Shown here: in pieces, positions 1 to 11,639 of the stretch
How the letters are laid out: each line of letters opens with the position of its first letter
Position numbering within the stretch: position 1 is the stretch's first letter
DNA from: Camelus ferus
Lineage: Eukaryota
Length of the DNA stretch: 64,000 nt
Assembly: GCF_009834535.1 (NCBI RefSeq)
Contig: NC_045717.1
Location: 7,006,001 to 7,070,000 of the forward strand
Reading direction: 5' to 3'
Notes under the pieces: model-generated
Told to the model about the DNA's origin: nothing
Database searches by the model: none
The model's input: only the letters and a program-made list of their open reading frames with translations
Position numbers and translations under genes: made by a program

Positions 1-490
1 TGCCCCCCCGAGTGCGTATCTAACTGCCTTCTCAGCAACACCACTTAGCTGTCTAGTGGACGTCTCAGACTCAGCGTGTCCAGAAGTGAACTCCTGATCT
101 TCCGCTCCAAACGGCTCCACCCGTAGCCTTCCTCCTCTCAGGTAGTGGCAGCTCCGTCCTTCCAGCCGTTCAGTCGTAAAGCCATGACGTCACCCATCAG
201 CTCTTGCCTGGATTACTGCAGTGGCTTCCTGGCTCACCATCACCCTGCTCATACCCTTACCTCTTGACAGGCTGTTCTTTACGCAAGAGCCGGAGCAATT
301 CCATTACAACTGAAATTGATTCGTTTCTCTCCTCTGTTCAAAACCCTGCAATGACGCACTCTAACTCAAGAGTTGATGCCAGAGTTCTTAACAATGGCCT
401 ACAAAGCCCTCCGTGGCCCAGAGCCCTCTCTGACCTCACTTATGGCTCTCCCCTGCACTCAGTTTCTGTGACTAGCACAAAACCAGCCAA
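1..490 (+). mobile_element. L2 fragment
   Basis: CCACTTAGCTGTCTAG...GTCCAGAAGTGAACTCCTGATCTTCC...AATGGCCTACAAAGCCCT, an L2-type internal 3' region. Confidence 0.72.
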
Positions 491-769
491 CGAGCAGGGC
501 AAGGAACAGACACTAGAGCTCAGGTCTGCTTTGACTTCAAGGCTCTCAATTTACAAAGCACAACTTCATAGCAAGTCTCATTGCTTTCGCTGGACTGCAG
601 TCTTCTCATCTCTGAAATGAAGATACTTCCTCCCACCTGGATGACACAGGAGGGGATAGGATTAGAGACTTTCTAAGATCACATTCCACCTCCAGTATTC
701 GATGCATCTGAATGGGACTCAAGCAGGAGCTATGTTCTAATCATTTGTACATCTCTGGTACCTGAGATG

Positions 770-1005
770 CACGTGTGGGTAGAGGATGGATGGATGGATG
801 GAATGTGGGTAGATGGGTGGAAAAGTGGGTTGGGGATGGATGGATAGATAGATGGAAGGTGGGTTGGTAGATGAATGCATGGATAGATGAATGAAGAGTG
901 GGTGGGTGTATGGAAGGTTGGGAGTAGGGTGAATGGATTTATGGATGGATGGATGGAAGGGAGGTGGGTAAATGGATGAATAGATAGATAGATGAATGGA
1001 TGGTT
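770..1005. repeat. (GGAT/GAAT/AGAT)n degenerate tetranucleotide repeat
   Basis: GGATGGATGGATGG...GATAGATAGATGAATGGATGG. Confidence 0.9.
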
Positions 1006-1249
1006 CAATAAAGGAATAAACTAATGAATGAATTAATGCATAAACAAGGGAAACTCAGAGAGCTGAGAAGAGGGAGAGAAGATATTGCTGAAGAGCTGCT
1101 TCCTGGACTTTCTGATCTGGAGTTGGAGGACTGAGGTAATACCAAACCTGGGAGAGCCTCACTTGCTTACCAAATACACGATGGGAGCCCGAACTTTGGG
1201 AGGCCAATGGAATGGGAGCCAACAGGTCATCAAGAGGCAGATTACGACA

Positions 1250-1470
1250 GAGCAGAGAGCACAGACTTCAGTGTTAGAAGGACCTGGGTTCAAATTTTTT
1301 CACCGCAGCTTAAGACCTGAGTGACACCAAGCCCCAGTTTTCTCAGAGGCACTGGGGGGTAACATAACCCCTGCTCTCTTGTGGTCACTGTGAAGACTAA
1401 ATGAGATAGTGTATCAAGATATATTCTAAAGTGCCCGGCGCATAATAGATAAGCAAAAATGGTGCTGCCA
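1250..1470 (+). mobile_element. MIR
   Basis: GACCTGGGTTCAAAT...TGTGAAGACTAAATGAGATAG...AAAGTGCCCGGCGCATAATAG. Confidence 0.7.
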
Positions 1471-1944
1471 TCGTGGTTATAAAAGGTCTAAACCAAGGAG
1501 AGGGGCCAGGCCAGGTCTGGCACCTCAGGGTGGACGGTCTTGATGCTGCCCCAAAAGCTTTGATGCGGGATGCCAGGTACAGAGGCCAAATGCTCTGTCT
1601 ATATCTGCCCATCTCCACTGGCTCCGTGGTCCAGCTGGCCGGGGCCTTGTGGAGTACACAGGTCTGCCTCATGCAGAGCAGGCCGGGCTGCATCCCTCCC
1701 TGACAGGTTCAGGCAGCCTTCTTAAAGGGGCCAGCCACCTGCCCTGCCCCCATCTGACTTAGGGGGAGAATTTGGCCTCAGGGGCTAGAGCTTCAACTTC
1801 TCAGGAAGCTCTCAGACATGAGGAACTTTCCATCCACATTGCAGGAATTTTTTTGCAGAAAAGGAAAAAACTGAAAACCTTCATCCTTTGGCCTCTGGGA
1901 GAATATTCCTTTTATGTGAAACTGGCAGGGAGGGAAATGCAAGA

Positions 1945-2139
1945 NNNNNNNNNNNNNNNNNNNNNNNNNNNNNNNNNNNNNNNNNNNNNNNNNNNNNNNN
2001 NNNNNNNNNNNNNNNNNNNNNNNNNNNNNNNNNNNNNNNNNNNNNNNNNNNNNNNNNNNNNNNNNNNNNNNNNNNNNNNNNNNNNNNNNNNNNNNNNNNN
2101 NNNNNNNNNNNNNNNNNNNNNNNNNNNNNNNNNNNNNNN
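1945..2139. other. Assembly gap (195 N)
   Basis: N run. Confidence 1.
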
Positions 2140-2639
2140 ACAGCAGTGCCGTTCTGGGGTGCTAAGCGGCTGCAGGCCCGCACTCAGCACCCCCTCCTCC
2201 CCTTGCATGGCAGGCAGGCCGGCCAGCGAGTGCCAAGCCAGGAAGATATTTTTTCCAGAAGCGGCATCTGGCTCCTTGGCAGGCACACAAGCAGTTGTGC
2301 TGGCAGCCGGGGCTGGCCGGGGTCTGTCGTGTGTTTAGGCTGCTGCCTCTTCTGACTCTCTCCCACAGACACGATGTTCTCTCTCCTAGGCTGGGCCCCC
2401 GCCGCCCTCGCCCCTCGGGAGGGTGGGGCGGAGGGACCTCCGAGTGCCTGAGGGCTTCGCCCCTTGCCTCTCAACAGAGTTTGACACTGGAGACCCACCT
2501 GGGCTCCGTCTCTTGCCAGCTTGACTTTGGGCAGGTGGGTTAACCTTTCTGAGTCCTCAGTTGCCTCAGATGGGAAATATGAGTCATCACCCTCTCCATA
2601 AACTGCTCCGCCTGTCTGATCTGGCCTGGACCTGACTTT

Positions 2640-3100
2640 CCAACTGAGTATCTCACACTCTTCCCATCGTACATGAACTGCCCCCCATCCCTCCCCGCAA
2701 GCATGGCCTCCTTTGCTTTCTCGAGCCTCCAAAATCTTCGTAACCTTAGAGCGTTGGCACTTGCTGTACCCTCTTTGCCCAACTTTTGAACACCTGGTTC
2801 CTTCTCCCACTTCTGGTTGCCACGCAAAGGCCACCTCCTCCGAGAGGCTTTCCCTGACTTCTCCGTCTCAAGCAGCCCCTTGAGCTGCTACCACATACCC
2901 CTGGAGCTTTCCTTCAGGGCGCTTATCAATACCTGTTCTGTGTGTTTGGTATCTGGTGTTTGGTATTCTTCGCCCCTCTCCTGCCCCCAGGCTAGGGGCT
3001 CCACGAGAGCAGGGATCTCGTCTGTTTTGTCCATCAGTGTGTTCTAACCACGCCGAGCAGGGATTTCCCAGTGGCTTTGGATGAATTCAAGGACTCCCAG
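2640..3100 (+). mobile_element. L2 3' fragment
   Basis: GGCACTTGCTGTACCCTCT...CACCTCCTCCGAGAGGCTTTCCCTGAC...CTCCACGAGAGCAGGGATCTCGTCTGTTTTG. Confidence 0.7.
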
Positions 3101-5091
3101 GCCCACTGGAGATGCTTCCTGATTCTCTCTTCAACAGCCCTCAGGAGTCATAATGCCCCCAGCCCATCACCCTGGAGAGGGGCAGTTGGAAGGAGGCTAA
3201 TGTTCAGCACGCGCCCTGACATAACACGTCAAGACCACCTCTCGTATCCCTTTCATCTTCATCCCAACCCTTCAAGGTAGGAATGATTATCACCGATTTG
3301 CAAATGAGGATTCTGAGATGCTGAGGGACTGACCTGCTGTCACACAGCTAGGATGCTGCCAGCTCAGCCTAATCCCTCTGCCCTCTTTCTCTGCTCCCCA
3401 GGGCCAGTCCGGCCACCACACCGTGTTAGCTGAGGCTCAGGCACGATGCCATGATAAACACCAATGACAGCTCTCACACCGAGTTGTTTGTGCCATGCCA
3501 GGTGTTCTCCATCCATCATCCTGTGAAACTCACAGCCCGCTCTGTAGGTGGTGATCGTGAAACCCCACTACATGGAGGAAGAAACTGAGGCTTACACGGA
3601 TGACGTGGCCTCCCTGGGTACACACAGGAAGCAGGGATTGCCCTAGGTGCTCAGTGGAATGGCCTCATTGCCAGAGTGAGATCCTTCTAGCATTTGTGCT
3701 ATGCTTTCGAATGCACCTTTAGTGCCCATTTTTGATCACACAGCTAGAATGTGACTGTGCTCAGTCATTAAATGGATGGATGGATGGATCCCAGAGCCAG
3801 ATATGAATCTTGATCTCCCTGGATAACAGAAACCAGGGTCCCCATTCTGCCTCTACCTTCCATCCCAGGCTGAGAGAAGGGTCTAAACCTCATGGATGTC
3901 CAGATGCCAGCTTTAAACTGAAGGTCTAGCCCCACAGTAAAACCACTGAAACCAGCCCATGCAGCTCTGTCTCCCCACCCTCCCCACTCTCCCCACCCCC
4001 ATCCCCAGAGGGGCCAGAGATGAGAAATGACAGCCAACATCTGATTGAATCGAATTCTCCTGCCACCCTCCCTATGGCCACCCAACCCCATCTGTCCTTG
4101 AGACATCAGGATGAGGGTGCTGACAAGCCCCTCCCCCGGGCCTGTAGAGGACCCAAGGCACAGAGAGGGGGAGACGCTTGTCAAGGTTACTCAGTCTTGG
4201 GTCCCAGGGTTGAGCTTGTCTGGGTGGGAAGGGCTTCAAACGCTGTTTTGTGAGCAAGCAGGTGGGGCCCGGCAGCTACCCGGCCCCTTTGCCATGGGTA
4301 CATTGTGACAGCTCCCCCTTTACAGATGGTGGCGTCTGTGGCCCAGATGCAGTCCTAGTGTCTGTGGAGAGACAGGCCCATCAGCTTCAAGACGACCTCT
4401 TGCTTCGTGGGCAGGTCTGATCCGCTCACCAGACATGAGGAGATACATCTAGCAGGGTTTTCTAGGCAGGGAACAAGGCCAGAATATTCCTCTGGACAAG
4501 CAGAGTATCCCCTTGGCTGCCCAGCCCCGCCTCCTTATCTGGGTTTAAGCCCACACCCCAGCCTCAGGTACCATGCTCACATTCCAGCAATGGTATACAG
4601 CACCCTGCAAGGCCTTTGAAAATGCCATCTTTTCTGCCCATAATGCCCCTTCCCTACTTTATCCCTTGAGGAATTCTTGCTCCTTCCTACAATACCTGCT
4701 CCGGTGTCCCCAGCCCTGAGCCTTTCTCCTACCTGGCGCCTCTCATCCCAGCCCTCTGCTCCACGATGGCCTGGCTGTGGGGCTGCTGCCGGGCTGGTCT
4801 ATGAGCTCGGGGCTGCAGAATCCGTGTCGGACAGTCTTGACACCCACCCCCTCCCTGCACCAGTCCCAGAACCTGGCACATTTAGCTGGTAGCCGGGCCC
4901 TGGTACCCCAAGCCTCTGAAGGCATTATTTCTCCTGAAGTTGTAGGGGTCAGTCTGGAGATGTGATTCATTTATGAACACTTGTCAATTTAGAGGAGTCC
5001 CTGAACTGCAGAGAAATGCAGCCTTTATCAGGGTTTTCAGATGACCCACTAGGCGCCAAGGGTGATTAAGGGCCATTGTTTCACATCAGAT

Positions 5092-5316
5092 TTTTTTTTT
5101 CAAATTGAAGTATAGTGGATTTACAATGTTGTACAGCATAGTGATTCACATGTATCTGTCTATCCATCTACCTGTCTATCATTTTTCATTATAGGTTATT
5201 CAAGCTACTGAATATAGTTCTCTGTGCTATACAGTAAGTCAGACAGGGAACAACAAATATCGTATATCACTTATATGTGGAATCTAACAAAGTGACACAA
5301 ATGTACTTATTTACCA
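5092..5316 (-). mobile_element. Short L1 insertion with 5' inversion (twin priming)
   Basis: Poly-T at 5091-5100, then the L1 3' end in minus orientation up to ~5238, then a more 5' L1 segment in plus orientation (AAGTCAGACAGGGAAC...TATCACTTATATGTGGAATCTAA...). TSD ATCAGAT at 5085-5091 and 5317-5323. Confidence 0.8.
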
Positions 5317-5589
5317 ATCAGATAATTCTATTTTCTCTGGCCACTAACACCTCCCTGGCTGTCTCCTCAGTCCCCAGCACCAGCCTGGCCCATACATCCT
5401 TGCAGAACGGAGACATGAACGAATGCAGGGCTCAGCTCAGCAGACCCTGAGCTGTCCAGATTTGCAGCCTCCCCCACCCGCTACGGCAACTGAGTGCAAA
5501 TATCACGGGTTTGGAGCTGAAGAGGCTCGAGGTTGAATCCCAGTTCTGCCTCTTCCCAGAGTGGGAAAGTGAGTGAGTCACGGGAGTGA

Positions 5590-6100
5590 CGAGGCATAAT
5601 TCTGGAGTCTGAGACTTCAAGGGGTGAGGGCACTGAGTGCACGGGGTGACCGGGATGACCGAGGTGACCGGGGCTTTGGAAGGGTCTGTCCCGCCCGAGG
5701 TTGCCCTGCCGGCGGCTCCTGGGGCAGGTGGGTCTGGGAGGGCCAGCGGGCCATTTCCGCCGTCCCCTCCCTTCCCTCCCCGCGCCCGCAGCCAGCTGTG
5801 GGGCAGACATTCCTGGGCCTGCTCATTGATATTCAGGAATGGAACTCGAGCCGCTCCCGGTGCCCAGAGCGGGCGGGCACTCAGGCCCTCTGCCTGGGCC
5901 CTTCCGCCCAGAACTGGGGGGGAGGGTCTAAACACCCTCAGCAGCCAAAGGGAGCATCCCGGGCCATGGACCCAGAAGCTGGGCGGCCGGGGAAACTGAG
6001 GCCCCAGGGCGCTCCGAAGTCTGGGGGCGTGGATGGCTGGAGTCTCCTGACTCCCGGCACAGTGCTCACTCTCGGGCAGCCCTCTGAGCTGCAAAGTGTC
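5590..6100. promoter_or_regulatory. Weak orphan CpG-island-like region, candidate distal element
   Basis: About 30 CpG in ~500 bp counted by eye, GC-rich, non-repetitive; no adjacent gene evident. Confidence 0.45.
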
Positions 6101-7459
6101 CCCGGAGCTTCCTTCTCCTCCAGGTGCTTCCGAGTCTCTCCCAGCTCCATGCTACTCTCCCGAGACCCTGCTGAGGCCCCACGGAGGGAGAGGGGGCTAG
6201 ATCGCAGGCCAGAAGCTGGCTGGCTGGACTTCCCACACCTTCTCAGCAGGGAGACTGACCAGGAGGCTCCTCCCTCACAGCCTCCGTTTGCCAAGCCCCC
6301 ACCTCACACCTCCAGGTTTTTGCAGATGGGCCTTGTTTTTCCTTGGGGTGTAAAAGGGCCGATCATTGCAGGGAGTTTGTGGCCGGCCTGAGCCGGCCAC
6401 AAACTCCCAGCTCCTGAGGAGAGAGGCCCCTGACCCAGGGGTCATAGGATGAGGAGGGGGTGCACCTTCTCAGACCCAGCTGGGACCCAGCCCTGGGGCT
6501 CAGGCCCACACGCCAGGGGGAGGACCAAAGCCCCTGCACCCTCTCCCTGGAGCACCACTTAACCATCCACCACCTCCACCTTGTAGCTTCTGGTCACTCT
6601 TCCTGGCCTCAGCTGAATCCTACCTGGCCCAGGTGTCCACCCTTCTCCAAGTCACCTGAAGGACTCAGGGCCAAGCCTGAGATCCTTGAAGGATGGCCCA
6701 TCCCCATCCACTCTGCACGGTCTCTCCCCTAGCTCAGCTTCCCACCTCTCCTTCTTCCAGAACCTTCCATGTTGCCCTCCAGAACTCCAGGTCTATACAC
6801 AGCACGCTCTCTCACATACCCACAGCTTCCTCCTCTTCTCAGATCCTCTGCTCCACCCCTCCATCAGAGCTGCCCCTGCCTTGAGGGTCTCCTCCCTGCG
6901 TGCCTTACCAACGGGAGTCTGGGTTTCTCTCACATCCCAGAGAAAGGAGGGCGAGGTGGCGCCACCTTACTTCACATGGCCACTTTCTGACCTTTGCTGC
7001 TCCACCTGCTTCTCAAAACACCCAGGTGTGCAGGGCTGACTGGCTGCACCTCACCCCCACTACTATCATCTACCAGCCTCTCCGTCATTCCTCACTCGCT
7101 GAGGGGCTCCCTTCTCAACCTGCCTTTTGACGTTGCCCTGGGTCACTTGGACCCCAACCAACTCCTTGGCCTTGGACTTCCTCTTCACTAATGCCCCCTC
7201 CTCCACTCCAAATCAGTTCTCATAACTTGTCATCACCAGAAATGCAAGAATTCAAACATTGCAATCTCCAACTGCAACCCTCTGTCTTGGTGTTCACTTG
7301 CCCTCAGACCACCCCCGCCCCTCATTGACTGGAACAGCTCTCAAATGCATCCACGGGTTCTAGCATCTCTCTATCCCACTGTCCTCTGAGCTCCTGCAGG
7401 ACAGGGTCACATGTTACTCCATTCTGCATCCTCACTGTCTGATCGCATAGGGCCTGGGA

Positions 7460-8080
7460 CTCTGTAATGATAAAGGTCACTGTAAGTGCATCCAGCACAC
7501 ATTGAGCAACTGCCATGGCCCGGGCACTGCTCGAAGTGCCTTATGTGAGCGAATCATTTAATTCCCCATTTTAAAGGAGGGGAAACCGAGGCCACAGAGG
7601 AGCAGTGACATGCCCAGCACCACACTGCTAGGAAGCATGGAGCCAGGATGTGAGCCCAAGCAGCCCGCTCTGCAGCTCACCTGCGTGATCTCCCCAGTAC
7701 GAGGCTCCCCTGGTGTAGCACGGAGCTACACTTGTGAATGGAGTTGAGTTGAACGGAGGTACCTCCCCACCACAGTAGAAGCAGACACCCTAGAGTTCAA
7801 CCAACCTCTTCCTGTTCTTAGAACTGCAGCCAAATACTAAAGAAACATGTAAGGGGGTGGCTAAAAGCTTAATCTGGAGGCAGACATTCCTCAGTTTTGA
7901 ATGCCAGCATCTCACTCCCCAGCTCTTGGACCTTGCTCAAGCAACTCATTTATTTCATGCCTCAATTTTCTCATCTTTAAAATGGGGGCTAGTCATAGCA
8001 AAAGTGAAACGAGAAGAATACACAGAAGGCCCTTAACTCCATAGCAGGTGCAGAGCTGATGAGCAACAGATATTCACTGA
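7460..8080. mobile_element. Two MIRs (minus ~7460-7690; plus ~7860-8080)
   Basis: CCCCATTTTAAAGGAGGGGAAACCGAGG and GCCTCAATTTTCTCATCTTTAAAATGGGG cores. Confidence 0.68.
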
Positions 8081-8639
8081 GCACCTTCTATCTACCAGGC
8101 GCTGAGCTGAGTGCAGGGGTACAGACTGGAAAAATAGGCTGGGCAGGGGGAGGAGCATTTACAATCACAGGTGTAGGACGATCTCTTAGGAAAACTAACC
8201 CCTGCGGGGTTTGGTTGCTTTAGTAACAGAGTTGCTGGGTTGTGTCTAAAGCCAGCTTGTGCCTGAGGTGAAGCGCGCCTGCTCTCACATCTCTGTGCCT
8301 TTGCACAGGCTTCTCTGCTCAGATACTTCTCCCTCACCCTGGCCTAACTGGAAAACGCCTACCCAACCTGGAACGCCCAGCCCGAGTACTGCCCACTCTG
8401 TGAAGCTGCCTCTGATTCCTGCAGAATAGAATCAGTCTCCCTTTTCCTCTGGCTACCCCAAGCACATTGTATACACTCTTACCGAAGTAACCCTATTCAT
8501 TCACAAATTCAGTGCATAGATAGATGACAGGTCAACAGATTGACTGATTGATGGATCGATCGATAGAGCAATCAACAAACATTTGCTGAGGACCTAGATA
8601 CCTACTTTGGGCACTAAGATTACAAATCATACCTAAACA

Positions 8640-8960
8640 TTAACAACTATTGAGTACGTGCTATAAGCCAAGCAGTTTTAAATGCTTGATATAGGGGAAA
8701 GGATATAGCTCAGTGGTAGTGGCTGCTTGGTGTGCACGAGGTCCTGGGTTCAATCCCCAGTACCTCCATTAAAAATAAATTAAAAAATAAATATATGCTT
8801 GATGTATAATCTTCAGAACAACACTGTAAGAGAGGAGCTATGATTACCCCCACTCTACAGATGGAGACACTGAGATACAGAGACGTTAAGCTACTTACCC
8901 AGGTCTCACAGCCAGGATGTGGCAAAGCCAGGATTGCTGCCTGGGCTCTTACCGGCTCTA
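8640..8960 (-). mobile_element. MIR, host of the SINE at 8694
   Basis: CACTCTACAGATGGAGACACTGAGATACAGAGACGTTAAGCTACTTACCCAGGTCTCACAGC. Confidence 0.75.
8694..8794 (+). mobile_element. Camelid-type tRNA-derived SINE, short-tail form, nested in a MIR
   Basis: GGGGAAAGGATATAGCTCAGTGGTAG (A box) ... GGTTCAATCCCC (B box) plus A-rich tail. TSD ATGCTTGATATA 8682-8693 / ATGCTTGATGTA 8795-8806. Confidence 0.9.
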
Positions 8961-9032
8961 CCACACTGCCTCTCACGGGCTGGATGAGTCAGTCCTTCCC
9001 CTTGAGTTTTGGCCACATTCACTGCTTATTTC

Positions 9033-9145
9033 TAGGTTGACCCATCCCCCTGGTTTGCCTGGAACTGGGGGTTTCACACGACTTGAGACTTTCGATGCTA
9101 AACGTGGGAAAGTCCCAGGTAAACCGGGACAAGTCGGTCACTCTG
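9033..9145. mobile_element. hAT-Blackjack MITE, MER81-like
   Basis: Quasi-palindromic ~113 bp: TAGGTTGACC...TGGTTTGCCTGGAACT...AGTCCCAGGTAAACCGGGAC...GGTCACTCTG. Confidence 0.8.
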
Positions 9146-9860
9146 GTCTTCCCTCGGAAATGTCCTGGAACCAGATGACTCCCACATCTGTCAGGTCCAC
9201 ACCCACCCTCCAAGCAGCCTCCAAAGGGAAGAAAATCTGTGTCCAAGTGGGATCCTGTCCAGAGGCAGGGAAGCCCCTCCTGGCTGCTCGTCCGGGCCCT
9301 CCTAGTCCCCAAGGTCTGCAGGCTGGCAGGAAACGGACATGAAGAGGGGCCGGCCCGAGGCCTGCGGGCCAGGGAGGTGACCTCAGAGCAGGTGCTGTGC
9401 TCACCTCCTCCCCAGGGCCAGGCCGAGGCCCCACTGAGGGGCACACTTCCCGCCTCGGCCGGCTCCTGTCCCCAGGTCTCCCTCCGCCCAGCCGAGGTGA
9501 TGCTTTTCTCAGTTCAGCCAGGAACCGGGGGGACTGTCCTGCCTTCTCCCAGTGCCAGCTGGCCCTTCCGAGGTGACGGAGGAGAAGGCCATCCCAACAT
9601 GCTAGGGTTTCTCTCCTCTGCCCATCTCCTCCTCCTCCCCAGCCCACTCTGGCCCTCGGCAGCCTCTCAGACACCCTCCTCCTTTACTGAAAGCAGTTAA
9701 TTAAAGCTGAAGGAGGGACAAAATTCTATTAAAACAAAAAACAGAAAAAAAAGGAGAAAAAAGAATAGGGTAAATAAATAGGCCTGGAAAGAGGGCGCCT
9801 TTCAGTAAATACTGACTCCATTCCATCAGCATAAAAATATGCCAAATCGTCCCTCGTTTA

Positions 9861-10006
9861 CTTAATTATATTTCATTTTTAAAATTTTCTAGGGGAGTTG
9901 CTGGGTTTATTTACTGATTTATTTTCAGAGCAGGTACGGGGGCTTGAACCCAGGACCTTGTATATGCTAAGCATGCACTCTACCATTTGAGCTATACCCT
10001 CCCCCT
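9861..10006 (-). mobile_element. Camelid-type tRNA-derived SINE, long-tail form, older copy
   Basis: Minus strand GGGGGAGGGTATAGCTCAAATGGTAGAGTGCATGCTTAGC...GGTTCAAGCCCC. Degenerate TSD AAATCGTCCCTCGTTTA 9844-9860 / AAGTCATCCCTAGTTTA 10007-10023 (14/17 identical). Confidence 0.88.
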
Positions 10007-10019
10007 AAGTCATCCCTAG

Positions 10020-11045
10020 TTTAAAATAATAAACTCCTTGACTCCCACACCCCCATCAGTGATCACTCTCCTTTTCTTCTCCTCTTAACAGCAGAATGCC
10101 TCAAAAGAGTCTGTGTTCACTTTTCCCCTTTCTCCCAACCCCGCGTCTACCATCCCCACCTTCCAGGATGCCCACATTTCTCTAACACCAAAGACTTCCG
10201 GTGATCAATTTGCAGCCCTTCCTCCTCCTTTTCCTCCTTCTCCTCCTCCTCTTCCACCACCTTCTCAATCCCCTAGGAGAACTGGGTGTGGGTAGTCCCC
10301 TCCCTCCTTCTTGACACGTGGCTTCTGGACCCACCCTCTCCTGTTCCCTTCCTGCCCTCTGGCCACCCCTTCCTGCTGCCTTGGCTGATTACCCTTCATT
10401 TGCTGCCCCTGAATGTTGGAGAGCCTCAGGGCTCAGTCCTCCATCCCTGCAGCTGCCCTTGGGTGGACCCCATCAGTCTTACTCCTTCAGATATGCTCTC
10501 TGAACGTCTGCTACTCCCAACTCCTGTCTTCCGTCCGGACCTCCCTTAGACTTGCTGCTCTTCGAATATCCCTAATACGCACCGACACCAAGATCTTGCA
10601 CTTTCTGTCTACCTATCCCCCAAGTATCTGCAGAGCTGCCCCGTAAGCACCTTCTCCGACCACTTTATACAAGTAGCACGCACCATAAACATCTTCCACC
10701 CAAAACTTGCTTTATTGCTCTTGGTATCATTTTTCATAGCCTGTTATTTTATGTATTTATTTGCTTATATCTCATAGAATATAATGTTCTTCCTTCAGTA
10801 CAGGCCCTCTCTACTTTGTCTCCTGCTTTAGCTCCAGCTCCTCTAATAAATATATATTATAGTTCATATACTTATAAATACATGTATCTTTAACATATAA
10901 ACATGCCACATGCCCTGATGCTATACCAGGGCAGTGCCTGGCCTGGAGTGGACACACGGGAAATAATTGTAGAATGGATGAGTGAATGAAGGGACAAATT
11001 AGTAAACAATAAACAAATACACATGTATTTGAATAATGAGTGATT
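10020..11045 (+). mobile_element. L2 fragment including a reverse-transcriptase relic
   Basis: ORF 10286-10549 contains NVGEPQGSVL, resembling the non-LTR RT motif GVPQGSVL. Ends with the L2 tail CAGTGCCTGGCC...AATGGATGAGTGAATGAA. Confidence 0.75.
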
Positions 11046-11049
11046 AAAT

Positions 11050-11482
11050 TAATAAAAAATTATGTTCATGGCAAATAAATGGTGGCACACTAAGGAACAC
11101 ATGTCAGCAATTTAAAGGAATGGATTATTGATCTATGCAACCACATGGATGAATCCCCAAATCATTCATCAGAGTGCAAGGAGTCCGACAGAAAAGAAGG
11201 TACTCTGGGTGATTTAATTTCATAAAATTCTAGAAGATGCAGATTAATCCAGAGAGGCCGAGAGCAGATCAGGGGTTGCCTGGGGTTGGGTTACAAGGAA
11301 GGATGGATGGCAAAAGGGCACCTAGTCTCTTGGGGGTGATGAAAGTGTTCTGCATCTTGAGTGTGGTGGTGGTCTCACTGGTGCCTACACCTGTTAAATC
11401 TCATCAAGTTGTTCCCTTTGAGCGGATGCAGTTTTGGGTACATAAATCAGAACTCAGTTAAGCTGATTTTAAAGAAAAGAAA
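11050..11482 (+). mobile_element. Old L1M (L1MC/ME-like) 3' end
   Basis: GCAACCACATGGATGAATC...GGGGTGATGAAAGTGTTCTGCATCTTGAGTGTGGTGG...AAGCTGATTTTAAAGAAAA, typical of L1M 3' ends. Confidence 0.75.
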
Positions 11483-11639
11483 TGTTAGTGCATGAATGAA
11501 TCAATTCTTACATTCACACCCTCCACCAACCAGCTACTCCGGCTGGCTCCAAACACACGGATATAACCCAGTTGACACAACTTAGCTCTCTTCTTTCCCA
11601 GCCAGACTTTTTCTAATGAGGGTGGGAATGGGAATCGGT

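Noticed and set aside
730-1008. His/Pro/Ser-rich ORFs here and at 12516-12947
   Set aside because: Translations of (GGAT)n/(ATCC)n simple repeats.
5432-6391. Overlapping 220-aa and 255-aa ORFs on both strands
   Set aside because: Pro/Gly/Ala/Arg-rich products typical of stop-poor GC-rich DNA; no recognisable domain and no splice architecture.
8694-8770. tRNA-like sequences with A and B boxes (also ~9930-10005 and ~22540-22608)
   Set aside because: They have A-rich tails and TSDs and lack an intact cloverleaf, so they are SINEs rather than tRNA genes.
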